Part shown: positions 39,495 through 48,426 of the stretch, one piece after another | Position numbering within the stretch: the first letter of the stretch is position 1 | How the letters are laid out: each line of letters opens with the position of its first letter | Origin: Halobacteriovoraceae bacterium | GTDB taxonomy: Bacteria; Bdellovibrionota; Bacteriovoracia; Bacteriovoracales; Bacteriovoracaceae | Direction of reading: 5' to 3' | Length of the DNA stretch: 64,000 nt | Assembly: GCA_963719505.1 (NCBI GenBank) | Contig: CAVRCF010000001.1 | Location: 704,001-768,000 of the forward strand | Made by a program: the position numbers and the translations under genes | The notes under the pieces: model-generated | What the model was told of the DNA's origin: nothing | Seen by the model: the letters and a program-made list of their open reading frames with translations, nothing else | Database searches by the model: none

Positions 39495-39586
39495 ACAATT
39501 TTAGGCTCTAGAGACAGTTTGACATCCATCTAATTTACTGAAATCATTAATGTATTAAGATTATTTAAGTTGGCATGAGTCATGCA
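39495..39586 (+). promoter_or_regulatory. sigma54 promoter with IHF-like site and upstream box
   Basis: TGGCAT-GAGTC-ATGCA at 39571-39586 (GG-N10-GC); AGAGACAGTTTGACATC at 39510-39526; IHF-like TTTCAGTAAATTA on the minus strand at 39531-39543. Confidence 0.7.
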
Positions 39587-39596
39587 ACTATAAAGA

Positions 39597-39714
39597 TGTC
39601 TAGCCCAAGGAAATAGGGCGATACAAGTCCACGGATGGACTCCTTATTTGTTTACCTTTTGTTTGTTTTGTTACCGCTTTAAATTGGGAAAAATTTTCCA
39701 ATAGGCACATTTTT
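39597..39714 (+). ncRNA. Candidate small RNA with two GGA-loop hairpins (CsrA/RsmA-binding type); ends uncertain
   Basis: GCCC-AAGGAAATA-GGGC (39603-39619), AGTCC-ACGGAT-GGACT (39626-39641), T-rich tract, third hairpin 39683-39702; lies directly downstream of a sigma54 promoter. Confidence 0.5.
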
Positions 39715-39725
39715 GCGAATGTTTC

Positions 39726-39753
39726 TCAATCCAGTTCGACTTTTATCCGATTA
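39726..39753 (+). promoter_or_regulatory. sigma28-type promoter
   Basis: TCAAT-N15-TCCGATTA; ends 7 nt before ATG 39761. Confidence 0.55.
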
Positions 39754-39760
39754 CGTTAGT

Positions 39761-40216
39761 ATGAAAGAGGAAAAGTCGGACTGGATTTTTTATTTAAAAC
39801 TATCAAGAAATCTACCAGAATATTACTTTGATTTAGACCGTGAATTTAAGAGTCAGGGACTTACGTTGATTCCTATATCAATTTCTGAACTCATCTCTAT
39901 TACCAAAGGAGAGGGAAAATTCAATGTGTTTACAGGGGTTAGAAATTTTTCTGATGCTCATTACTATACTAAAAGAGTTGAGAAAATTTTTGGAGTCCTT
40001 CTTCGCTCAAAAAGAATGAGCTTATTTATGAGTTCAAGTTTCTCCTTTATGAACCAAAATTATAAATACGGAAAAACGGGCATGTATCATTTTTTCCCTC
40101 TCCCACAAAGTCTTCACGAAATTTGTGATACAATCGCAAGTGAAGTTGAGAAAGCTTCACGCAAAGACCAGCGGTGGCCGGGAACGTCCATTGGCCTTGG
40201 GAAAACGATTAGGTAA
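39761..40216 (+). CDS. Hypothetical protein
   Basis: Start reassigned to ATG 39761 (MKEEKSDWIF); alpha/beta pattern. Confidence 0.65.
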   Translation: MKEEKSDWIFYLKLSRNLPEYYFDLDREFKSQGLTLIPISISELISITKGEGKFNVFTGVRNFSDAHYYTKRVEKIFGVLLRSKRMSLFMSSSFSFMNQNYKYGKTGMYHFFPLPQSLHEICDTIASEVEKASRKDQRWPGTSIGLGKTIR

Positions 40217-40227
40217 TTAGGCGAAAA

Positions 40228-40797
40228 ATGAAAAGTAAAAGAAGTGATCTTGAAATTCGATACCATCTTTTGTTTAAACTAGATGCGTACAATCTCTATC
40301 AAAGGGTGAGCGTTCGCCAACACGACTATATCGAAGCATTTTCTTTGAAGAGAAATAGAGCTGTTTTTAAAGATATTTTTGACAATAGATATAAAAGAGC
40401 TTCAATTGAAGATCTTTCTCATTGCTCTGTTGAAGTCATCGAGTCCCTCAATAGCTTTTACACTCTAGTAGATGAAATCTATTGGTATCTTAAACACACT
40501 CAAGACATGCCAAATATGATTCAGGATGAAGTCCAGCGTTACTGCAACCGACTGAGAAGCCAATACGAAACCCTTGCCCTTTTTATTGATGCTGAGTTAA
40601 CAGGTGAAGATGCCTTTGCTGTAGACTTTAAAGAAGAGATAGAACCGGCTGATCACGATAAGGATAATGACTATTTTATGCTTGAGGGTGAAGAAGCCGC
40701 GATTGCTGAAGAGTCAGACTATATTCAAGATGAACAATATCAAGATGAAGACTTTGTCGATGAGGATGACACGGAGAATCAACAAGATTTATCTTAA
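40228..40797 (+). CDS. Hypothetical helical protein with highly acidic C-terminal tail
   Basis: 189 aa; last ~65 aa D/E-rich. Confidence 0.7.
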   Translation: MKSKRSDLEIRYHLLFKLDAYNLYQRVSVRQHDYIEAFSLKRNRAVFKDIFDNRYKRASIEDLSHCSVEVIESLNSFYTLVDEIYWYLKHTQDMPNMIQDEVQRYCNRLRSQYETLALFIDAELTGEDAFAVDFKEEIEPADHDKDNDYFMLEGEEAAIAEESDYIQDEQYQDEDFVDEDDTENQQDLS

Positions 40798-40822
40798 ATT
40801 ATTGCCCCTCTTCAGGTAAACA

Positions 40823-41512
40823 ATGACTATGAAAATACTTGTACTAATAATTATTTCAACATTTGCAATGGCCAAAGAGCCTTTCTCAAAGTCGAGGCTT
40901 AATAAGCTTTCAGGCGAGAGAAAAGCAAAATATGACACCAAGTCCGAGTGGGATCAAAAATACTCTCGATCATCATTTATCTATGGAAAGTCTCCGGCAA
41001 AATTTCTGGCCGAGAACTTTGATTATCTAAGACCGGGAAGTGTCGTTCTCGATATGGGAATGGGTGAAGGACGAAATGCCGTCTTTTTAGCTGGTAAGGG
41101 ACATAAGGTCACCGGGATTGATATCAGTTCGGTGGCGATAAAAAAGGCGAACCATCTGGCCCGGGAATTTGGAGTGAAGATTAAAGGAGTTGTCGCTTCT
41201 TTAGAGAAATATAAGATTGAACCCAATTCCTTTGATGCGATTATCTGTTTTTACTATGTCGACCGAAAATTGATTCCGAAAATTAAATCGTGGCTCAAGC
41301 CTGGTGGCATTCTTATTTACGAAGCTGAGACCTTAAAAGAGAGAGAGAAAAAAGAACATCGCAAAGAATCCGTTGAATACTACTTGAAGGATCAAGAACT
41401 GCTTACGATGTTCTCTGGCTTTAAACTTTTAAAATATGAAGAGCCGCTTCACGAAAGAAAGTACCGCGCGAGTGTTGTTTTAATGAAACCAAGAGAAAAA
41501 GGAGCCAAGTAA
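40823..41512 (+). CDS. Class I SAM-dependent methyltransferase (TehB-like) with N-terminal signal/anchor
   Basis: VLDMGMGEGRNA, VTGIDIS, FDAI, LKPGG; MKILVLIIISTFAMA. Confidence 0.85.
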   Translation: MTMKILVLIIISTFAMAKEPFSKSRLNKLSGERKAKYDTKSEWDQKYSRSSFIYGKSPAKFLAENFDYLRPGSVVLDMGMGEGRNAVFLAGKGHKVTGIDISSVAIKKANHLAREFGVKIKGVVASLEKYKIEPNSFDAIICFYYVDRKLIPKIKSWLKPGGILIYEAETLKEREKKEHRKESVEYYLKDQELLTMFSGFKLLKYEEPLHERKYRASVVLMKPREKGAK

Positions 41513-41513
41513 A

Positions 41514-41954
41514 ATGGCACAATACACCTCAACTAAACGCTTTATTGGCTACCCCTGTACTCATAGACAGTGGCAAGCCGAATCCCACTGCCGCTTCGTT
41601 CATGGTTATAGTCGCGAATTTTACTTTGAATTTGCCTGCAATGAATTAACTAAAGAACAGTGGGTGGTTGACTTTGGCGGTCTAAAAGAAGTTAAGGCTT
41701 GGTTAGCTGAAATGTTCGATCATACATTTTTAGTTGCAGCAGATGACCCTCATCTTCCCGATTTCAAAAAGCTCGATGAAGCTGGTGTGATTCAATTGCG
41801 TGTCCTCCCAAATGCTGGGATGGAAGGAACAGCAAAGTTTGTTTATGATAATGTTAATGAGGTCATCTCAAAGCTTACCAATAAGAGAGCGTGGGTGACT
41901 AAAGTAGAAGTTAGAGAAAATGAAAAGAACTCAGCGTTCTATCAACCGAATTAA
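41514..41954 (+). CDS. 6-pyruvoyl/6-carboxy-tetrahydropterin synthase family (QueD-like)
   Basis: HRQW...HCRFVHGY, VVDFG, FDH, EVRENEKN. Confidence 0.85.
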   Translation: MAQYTSTKRFIGYPCTHRQWQAESHCRFVHGYSREFYFEFACNELTKEQWVVDFGGLKEVKAWLAEMFDHTFLVAADDPHLPDFKKLDEAGVIQLRVLPNAGMEGTAKFVYDNVNEVISKLTNKRAWVTKVEVRENEKNSAFYQPN

Positions 41955-42008
41955 TCAAGTACTATTTTAACACCTTGGAATCTTTCAGAAGTGTGGCATA
42001 ATTAACCT

Positions 42009-42692
42009 ATGCGTTTATTAGGTCTTGTCCTTATTATTTCTTTTTCAGTTTTTGGCGTCGAGTACAAAAAAAATGAAGACTCTGTTATTTTCTCAGGCAG
42101 AATTTCGCGTATTAATAATACGGCTAAACTCATTCGTTTAAAAATAACTTTTGAAAACTCTAAGTTTCTACGTAAAAGAGATCGTATCGAATTTTGGAAT
42201 GAAACCTACCCTGATAAAAGATGCATGTCCTACGTTGAAGGAAAGACCAGTGAGTATATTTTACTTCGCGTCCCTCAATACGATCTTTGCATTAATAGTG
42301 TGCACGCCACCGTTGGAAGTTATCTTCATCTTTATTCCCCAGACCTTGAAAATGGTCTAGAAGTGGCAAAAGACCTTGTCAGTATTCTGAAGAAAAAACA
42401 TCTCGCTCTTTCGGCGAGAATGACAAGATTTGAAACAGAGGTCAGTGGTTTTGTAGAAAAGATGGATGCCGTGAATAAAAGGTATGAAGTCCTAAGGCAG
42501 AAGCTAGAACTCGAATGGCAAAAAGAACTTTCAAGTTTAGAAGAAGACAAAACGAAAAGTTATATGCGATACAAACATACTCAGTCGAGAATGAATGAAT
42601 TAGAACACAAACTTCAACAATACCGAGTCCACGATCAAAACTTAACAGAAGATCGCTGGTCACTTGATCCAAAACTTTATTTTAAAAAATAA
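42009..42692 (+). CDS. Secreted hypothetical protein with C-terminal coiled coil
   Basis: Signal peptide; beta N-domain with two Cys; heptad-like C-terminal half. Confidence 0.7.
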   Translation: MRLLGLVLIISFSVFGVEYKKNEDSVIFSGRISRINNTAKLIRLKITFENSKFLRKRDRIEFWNETYPDKRCMSYVEGKTSEYILLRVPQYDLCINSVHATVGSYLHLYSPDLENGLEVAKDLVSILKKKHLALSARMTRFETEVSGFVEKMDAVNKRYEVLRQKLELEWQKELSSLEEDKTKSYMRYKHTQSRMNELEHKLQQYRVHDQNLTEDRWSLDPKLYFKK

Positions 42693-42701
42693 AAAAGGAA
42701 T

Positions 42702-44315
42702 ATGATGCGAACTCTAGGATGGATGTTTCTCATAATAATAACAGTCTTTTCATGCCAACAAAGACCAAAAAATAACACGGCCTTCTATCTTAATTTAGGT
42801 GGTGAACCTGCGACGATGAATCCTATAAAAGCTTCTGATGGCTATTCTTCTGATGTTCACGATCTAACCGTTGAAGGTCTTTTAGATAAAGACGATGACT
42901 CTTATGAATGGATACCAAAGCTTGCGACCAAATGGAAGATCTCAAAAGACAAAACGACATTTACCTTCTGGTTAAGACAAGGAGTAATGTTTCACGATGG
43001 GTCTGAGCTTACAGCCGAAGATGTAGAATTTTCATTTAAGACCTTCTCTGATGTGGAAAGGTGGCGAAACGTAGAGAAGCAGTATTACTTTGATGAAATT
43101 GAATACGTCAAAGCGATTGATAAATACACAGTTGAGGCAAAGGCCAAAAGTACAATTTATTCAAATTTTTCTAAAGTTGCTAGTGGCTTAGGCATCATCT
43201 CTAAAAAGTTTTATTCTCAAGATGAAAAAAGAAGTTTCTTTAATAAAAATCTTGTAGGCACAGGTCCTTATAAACTTCAAAAATGGCACAGAGGCAATAG
43301 AGTTGTCTTAGAGAAGTTTGATAAGTGGTGGGGAAGAGATGTGGAACCATTTTCTAAACAAGCACATTTCCCTAAAATTGTTATGCGCTTTATAAGTGAG
43401 CCTACCGTTTCCTTAGAGATGCTAAAACAAGGCAAGCTCGACTTTGAAGGAATGAGCCCGGATACTTTTATAAAAAAAGCAGTTGGAAAAGAGTGGGGAA
43501 AAACGGTCCATAAAGTTGAAACACAAAACAAAGCCCCCAAGGGATATTGTTTCTTGGGTCTTAATATGAAACATCCTATTTTAAAAGATCGAACAGTGAG
43601 AAAAGCTCTCTACCACCTTCTCAATAGAAAGCTTATGATTGATAAATTTGAACATGGGCGCTCAGTTCCAGCTGTGGGGCCAATTTATCCTGACTCACCT
43701 TATGCAACTAAAGGGTTAGAGGCTGTGGAATTTAATCCCAAAAAAGCGATTGCCCTTTTAGCGAAAGCTGGCTGGCGCGACACCAACAAAGATGGGATTT
43801 TAGATAAAAACGGAAAAAAGCTTTCTTTAACGATTCTAGAACCTGGTTCAACCTATATAAAGTATCTGACTGTGTTTAAAGAGGATGCGAGTAAGGCTGG
43901 TGTGGAGATAAACATCAAGCAAATAGAGTGGAACTCGTTTGTTAAGCTCGTTACTCAAGAGAAAAATTTTGAAATATGTAGGCTCTGTTGGTCAGCGGTC
44001 GTTGACTGGGACCCAAAGCAGATTTGGCATAGTGAATCTATTGAGAATGGATCAAACTTTATTAGCTACTCAAATAAGTTAGTAGACAAGTACACCGACG
44101 AGGCTTTGTATGTTTTTGATAGAGACAAAAGAATTGAAATTCTTAAAAAGGTTGAGCAGGAAATTATTAAAGATGTCCCTTATTTAATTTTTAGTTATAA
44201 AGAGCCCATTTTCTATGGTTATACGGATAGGATTAAAAGGCCTAAAGACACTTTTGGGTACACGATAGGAACAAAGTATTGGTCGTTTAAAAATACGATA
44301 AAGAAGGAATTGTAA
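42702..44315 (+). CDS. ABC transporter peptide-binding lipoprotein (family 5)
   Basis: Lipobox VFSC; LRQGVMFHDGSELTAEDVEFS; VGTGPYKL; VRKAL. Confidence 0.93.
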   Translation: MMRTLGWMFLIIITVFSCQQRPKNNTAFYLNLGGEPATMNPIKASDGYSSDVHDLTVEGLLDKDDDSYEWIPKLATKWKISKDKTTFTFWLRQGVMFHDGSELTAEDVEFSFKTFSDVERWRNVEKQYYFDEIEYVKAIDKYTVEAKAKSTIYSNFSKVASGLGIISKKFYSQDEKRSFFNKNLVGTGPYKLQKWHRGNRVVLEKFDKWWGRDVEPFSKQAHFPKIVMRFISEPTVSLEMLKQGKLDFEGMSPDTFIKKAVGKEWGKTVHKVETQNKAPKGYCFLGLNMKHPILKDRTVRKALYHLLNRKLMIDKFEHGRSVPAVGPIYPDSPYATKGLEAVEFNPKKAIALLAKAGWRDTNKDGILDKNGKKLSLTILEPGSTYIKYLTVFKEDASKAGVEINIKQIEWNSFVKLVTQEKNFEICRLCWSAVVDWDPKQIWHSESIENGSNFISYSNKLVDKYTDEALYVFDRDKRIEILKKVEQEIIKDVPYLIFSYKEPIFYGYTDRIKRPKDTFGYTIGTKYWSFKNTIKKEL

Positions 44316-45346
44316 TGGGTAAGTACCTTTTAAAAAGATTAATGATGCTTATCCCAACACTCTTTGGGATAACATTTGTCGTTTTTGGGATTATAAATTT
44401 GGCCCCTGGCTCTCCTGTAGAACAAAAACTTCAACAGTTACGCTTCGGTGGTGCCGATGGAGGCGCAGGTGGTGAAACGAGCTCAAAGGGTCAAGCGGGT
44501 GTCTCTAAAGAAGTCTTAGACGCTCTCAATAAACAGTATGGCTTTGATAAACCTATTCATATTCGTTATTGGATATGGTTAAAAAATCTCTCTCAATTTG
44601 ACTTTGGAGAGTCCTATACTTATGAAGAAGATGTGACTGATGTGGTTGCCTCAAAGCTTCCCGTCTCTTTGCAGTTTGGTATTGTCTCGCTGATTTTAGC
44701 TTATGCTATCTCCATCCCCCTGGGAATCTACAAGGCGATAAAAGATGGATCGACATTTGATCAAGTTTCAAGCTTCCTTCTCTTTTTAGCTTATTCAATT
44801 CCAGGTTTTATGCTCGCCATTTTTCTTATTGTCTTTTTTGCGGGTGGAAGTTTTTACGACTTTTTCCCCATCGGCGGACTCTATTCAGATTTCTATGATG
44901 AGATGACCTTTTGGGAACGAGTGGTGGATAGAATCTATCATTTTGTTTTACCAACGATTTGTTACACTATTGGCTCTTTTACAACACTGACAATATTGAT
45001 GAAAAACTCTCTGATTGAAGAGATAAGAAAAGACTATATTCGTACAGCACGGGCAAAGGGAGTCAGCGAAAAAGTTGTCTATCTCAAACACGCCCTTAGA
45101 AACGCACTTATCCCTATTGTCACAGGGCTTGGAAGCTTTCTCTCCGTTTTCTTTGCCGGCTCTTTATTATTAGAGAAAATTTTTCAACTCGATGGAATGG
45201 GACTTCTAGGTTTTAACTCCCTTTTATCTAGAGACTATAACGTATTGATGGGACTGGTTTTTATTCAAAGTTTGTTAATGCTTGTTGGAAATATTATTTC
45301 TGATATCGCCTATGTACTGGTTGACCCAAGGATAGATTTCTCATGA
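44315..45346 (+). CDS. Peptide ABC transporter permease (OppB/YejB-like)
   Basis: YIRTARAKG, HALRNAL, VDPRI. Confidence 0.93.
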   Translation: MGKYLLKRLMMLIPTLFGITFVVFGIINLAPGSPVEQKLQQLRFGGADGGAGGETSSKGQAGVSKEVLDALNKQYGFDKPIHIRYWIWLKNLSQFDFGESYTYEEDVTDVVASKLPVSLQFGIVSLILAYAISIPLGIYKAIKDGSTFDQVSSFLLFLAYSIPGFMLAIFLIVFFAGGSFYDFFPIGGLYSDFYDEMTFWERVVDRIYHFVLPTICYTIGSFTTLTILMKNSLIEEIRKDYIRTARAKGVSEKVVYLKHALRNALIPIVTGLGSFLSVFFAGSLLLEKIFQLDGMGLLGFNSLLSRDYNVLMGLVFIQSLLMLVGNIISDIAYVLVDPRIDFS

Positions 45347-46362
45347 TAAAAATATTAAAAACAGATGAATCGCAAAAAAAATGGAAAGCTTTCAAAAGAA
45401 GAAAGCCGGCAGTCATCTCTATTTGGTGTATACTGATCGCTTGTTTTTTTAGCTTTACGGCAGAGTTTTGGGCCAACTCAAAACCAATCTTTTTGAAGCA
45501 TAAAGGTCATTTTTACTTCCCGGTCTTTTTTGATTACCAGGTTAAAGACTTAGATTTGAAAAACTCCATTATTGTCGACTACAAAAAGTTAACCCTTACT
45601 GAAGGGGATATGGTTGTTTGGCCTCTTATAAAGTGGGACCCCTATGAGTCAAATAGAAAAGTTGATAGCTATCCAGCCCCTCCGTCAGCAAATAATTTAA
45701 TGGGAACTGATGATAGAGGTCGAGATGTGTTAACGCGTCTTCTGTATGGTCTGCGCTATAGTATCATCTATGCTATTGCCGTTTGGCTGATTACTTTTAT
45801 CATTGGAGTCATCTTGGGAGGCTTTCAAGGGTATATTGGTGGCAGGGTTGACCTTTATGGACAGAGAATGACTGAGATCTTAAGCACTGTGCCCCAACTT
45901 CTTCTTCTCATTATTATTATTTCAGTCTTTCAGCCTTCAATGATCTTGCTTATTTTTATCACCAGTCTCTTCGGTTGGATTCCGATCAGTTATTATATGC
46001 GAGGAGAGTTTTTAAAAAATAGAAAAAGAGAGTATGTCGAAGCTGCAAGAAGTCTTGGAGCAGGTCATATGAGAATATTCTTTAAGCATATTCTTCCAAA
46101 CTCACTGGGTCCAATTATCACGTTCTCACCCTTTGTGATTGCGGGAAATATCACGGCCCTTGCTAGTTTAGATTATCTGGGCTTTGGCTTAACGCCACCA
46201 ACACCTAGTTGGGGAGAGCTTCTTGCTCAGGCACAAAGCAACTTTACCATCGGCTGGTGGCTTGCTCTTTATCCGTCACTCGCTTTGTTTCTAACGCTTA
46301 CGATGTTCTCACTCGTAGGAGAAGGTGTGCGTGATGCAATGGATCCTTATAAGGTAAATTAG
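45343..46362 (+). CDS. Peptide ABC transporter permease (OppC/YejE-like)
   Basis: MGTDDRGRD, YVEAARSLG, HILPN, PSWG, GVRDAMDP. Confidence 0.93.
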   Translation: MIKILKTDESQKKWKAFKRRKPAVISIWCILIACFFSFTAEFWANSKPIFLKHKGHFYFPVFFDYQVKDLDLKNSIIVDYKKLTLTEGDMVVWPLIKWDPYESNRKVDSYPAPPSANNLMGTDDRGRDVLTRLLYGLRYSIIYAIAVWLITFIIGVILGGFQGYIGGRVDLYGQRMTEILSTVPQLLLLIIIISVFQPSMILLIFITSLFGWIPISYYMRGEFLKNRKREYVEAARSLGAGHMRIFFKHILPNSLGPIITFSPFVIAGNITALASLDYLGFGLTPPTPSWGELLAQAQSNFTIGWWLALYPSLALFLTLTMFSLVGEGVRDAMDPYKVN

Positions 46363-46664
46363 AAGGTGATTTTTCTTGTGAGAAGTTGCCACCACATAAC
46401 AAAGTCCGAGGCGAGGCTGTAAAATGGATGCTTAAATGTTGCTGGTCTATTTTTTTCAAAAATCATATGACCTGCCCATGCAAATCCATATCCCACCAAA
46501 GGGCATAACCAAAGTAGTTTATACTGCCCAGAGATAAGAGCATAAAAAAAGATGGGTATTAAAATAGATGTACCAATAAAGTGTAAAACTCTATTGGTCT
46601 TGTCTGAATGCTCAGTTAAATAAAACGGATAAAACTCTTTAAAGCTTTTAAATTTCTCGCTCAT
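46359..46664 (-). CDS. DUF962 (Mpo1-like) membrane protein
   Basis: FYPFYLTEH, NRVLHFIG, GYGFAWAGH, EKNRPATF. Confidence 0.9.
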   Translation of the reverse strand: MSEKFKSFKEFYPFYLTEHSDKTNRVLHFIGTSILIPIFFYALISGQYKLLWLCPLVGYGFAWAGHMIFEKNRPATFKHPFYSLASDFVMWWQLLTRKITF

Positions 46665-46665
46665 A

Positions 46666-47247
46666 TTACTTCCTATCCCTTAAAAGCCTAGATAGTGAAG
46701 GAGGAGCAATTCCTAAGTAAGATGCAAGATAAGTCTTTGGGATTCTATTGACATCAATATAGCTACTCTTTAAACACTGATCTAGTCGCTCTTTTGCATT
46801 ATACAAAACAAACTCAATTTCGCGTTTTGATTTTCTCATATATGTTCTAACCAAAACTTCTCGATAAACTTCATTCCAAATAGGATTTTGTTTCATTAGT
46901 TGTAAAAAATTTGTGTATTTTGTTGTGTAGATAACGCTGTCTTCAAGGGCTTGCACTGAAACCATTGAAGGTGATTTGTCTGAAGATAAGAAAAAATCTA
47001 GAATGAGACCTCTTTCAGGAATAAAAGAAAAAGTTTTTTCTTCGCCTTCGGCATCGATAAGATAAATTCTAAAAAGACCTTTCGATACAATGGCAACTTC
47101 GTTGGTGTTGTCAAAATGCTGAAAAAAATGATCTCCTTTTTTAATCTCTTTTTTTGTTAAAATAAATTCCAACGGATTCCAATTCTCAATAGGAGATTGA
47201 ATAAGAGTTTGAAAGAAAACTTTGAGATGCTCTTCTAGTTGTGCCAT
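46666..47247 (-). CDS. Crp/Fnr-family transcriptional regulator
   Basis: cNMP-binding barrel (KGLFRIY, VQALED); HTH YLASYLGIAPPSLSR. Confidence 0.9.
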   Translation of the reverse strand: MAQLEEHLKVFFQTLIQSPIENWNPLEFILTKKEIKKGDHFFQHFDNTNEVAIVSKGLFRIYLIDAEGEEKTFSFIPERGLILDFFLSSDKSPSMVSVQALEDSVIYTTKYTNFLQLMKQNPIWNEVYREVLVRTYMRKSKREIEFVLYNAKERLDQCLKSSYIDVNRIPKTYLASYLGIAPPSLSRLLRDRK

Positions 47248-47272
47248 GGGAAAATTATAATAGGATAAGGAT

Positions 47273-47295
47273 AAAGGGGCATTTCGCCCCTTGTT
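47273..47295 (-). terminator. Terminator-like hairpin after the HtrA gene
   Basis: AAGGGGC-N5-GCCCCTT; short U tract. Confidence 0.5.
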
Positions 47296-48349
47296 ATAAT
47301 TGCTGAAGTTTTATTTTCGTTTTCTTCTTCTTTCCTTCTCTGTAGTAAACAATTTCAATTTCATCGCCAATTTTAAATTTTTCAAGTTCGTGAAAAATAT
47401 CGTCTTTTGAGGTGATTTTTTTGTCTTCTACCTTGGTGATGACATCACCGATAAAGATCCGACCGTAGCTGTCTTTCATCATTCCTCTTAAGCCTGCCTT
47501 TGCTGCTGCTCCGTCGGGGTCTACAAAAGAGATGGCAGCCCCTTGTCTTTTGACATAGCGACTTCTAATTTCATCTTCAAGCACGCCAATGCCTAAACCT
47601 GGCCGAATGACTCTTTTGTATTTTATGAGTTGAGGTGTAATTCTTTTTATCGTGTCTATCGGAACAGCAAACCCTAGTCCAGAACTGGACCCTGAAGTTG
47701 AAAAAATCATCGTGTTCATTCCAATGAGTTGACCTGAAGAATTAATCAGCGGTCCTCCGGAATTTCCTTGGTTAATAGCGGCATCTGTTTGAATCATATC
47801 GTGGATTTTTACTCCACCGATTCCATCAATTTTCCTACCGAGGGCGGAGATAATTCCTTTTGAAATGGAATGATCGAGCCCAAAAGGATTTCCTATGGCA
47901 AGTGCCATCTGCCCCACCAGAAGATCTTTCGAATTACCCTTTACAACTGGCTTCACAGTTTTTGGTTTATTGACAAGTTTTAAAACTGCAATATCTTTTG
48001 TGGGCGCAACACCCACCACCTCTGCTTTGTACTGGGTTTTATCATTATGAAAAGTCACAACAAAATTTGTCCCACCTTGAACAACGTGAAAGTTCGTTAC
48101 AATATGGCCATCAGTATCCCAAACAAAACCAGTCCCAGCTCCTTGGGGAACCTCCACCTTGCCATAGAAAAAACTATCGGCCACTCGGATATTTGAAACG
48201 TTTACAACCGAAGGAACAGTATTATGATAAATATTAATTGTTCTTTTTTCGCTTTCGAGAAGGTTGTCTGTTTTGGGGGTTGAATCATCTGCTAGTAGAC
48301 TTAATGAAAAAATAAACGTCAGTAGTAGAAGAGTCTTTTTCACTTTCAC
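47294..48349 (-). CDS. HtrA/Deg-family trypsin-like serine protease with one PDZ domain
   Basis: Signal peptide; TNFHVV, DIAVL, IQTDAAINQGNSGGPL; C-terminal PDZ. Confidence 0.95.
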   Translation of the reverse strand: MKVKKTLLLLTFIFSLSLLADDSTPKTDNLLESEKRTINIYHNTVPSVVNVSNIRVADSFFYGKVEVPQGAGTGFVWDTDGHIVTNFHVVQGGTNFVVTFHNDKTQYKAEVVGVAPTKDIAVLKLVNKPKTVKPVVKGNSKDLLVGQMALAIGNPFGLDHSISKGIISALGRKIDGIGGVKIHDMIQTDAAINQGNSGGPLINSSGQLIGMNTMIFSTSGSSSGLGFAVPIDTIKRITPQLIKYKRVIRPGLGIGVLEDEIRSRYVKRQGAAISFVDPDGAAAKAGLRGMMKDSYGRIFIGDVITKVEDKKITSKDDIFHELEKFKIGDEIEIVYYREGKKKKTKIKLQQL

Positions 48350-48426
48350 TCCTTTGCTATTGTCCGAAATATAGGTAATATTAGGTGGAATCGGTGATAA
48401 AATCTACTGGGAAAAGGTAACAAATT

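Noticed and set aside
41994-42008. TGGCAT as a sigma54 -24 box
   Set aside because: No GC at the -12 position; better explained as an extended sigma70 -10
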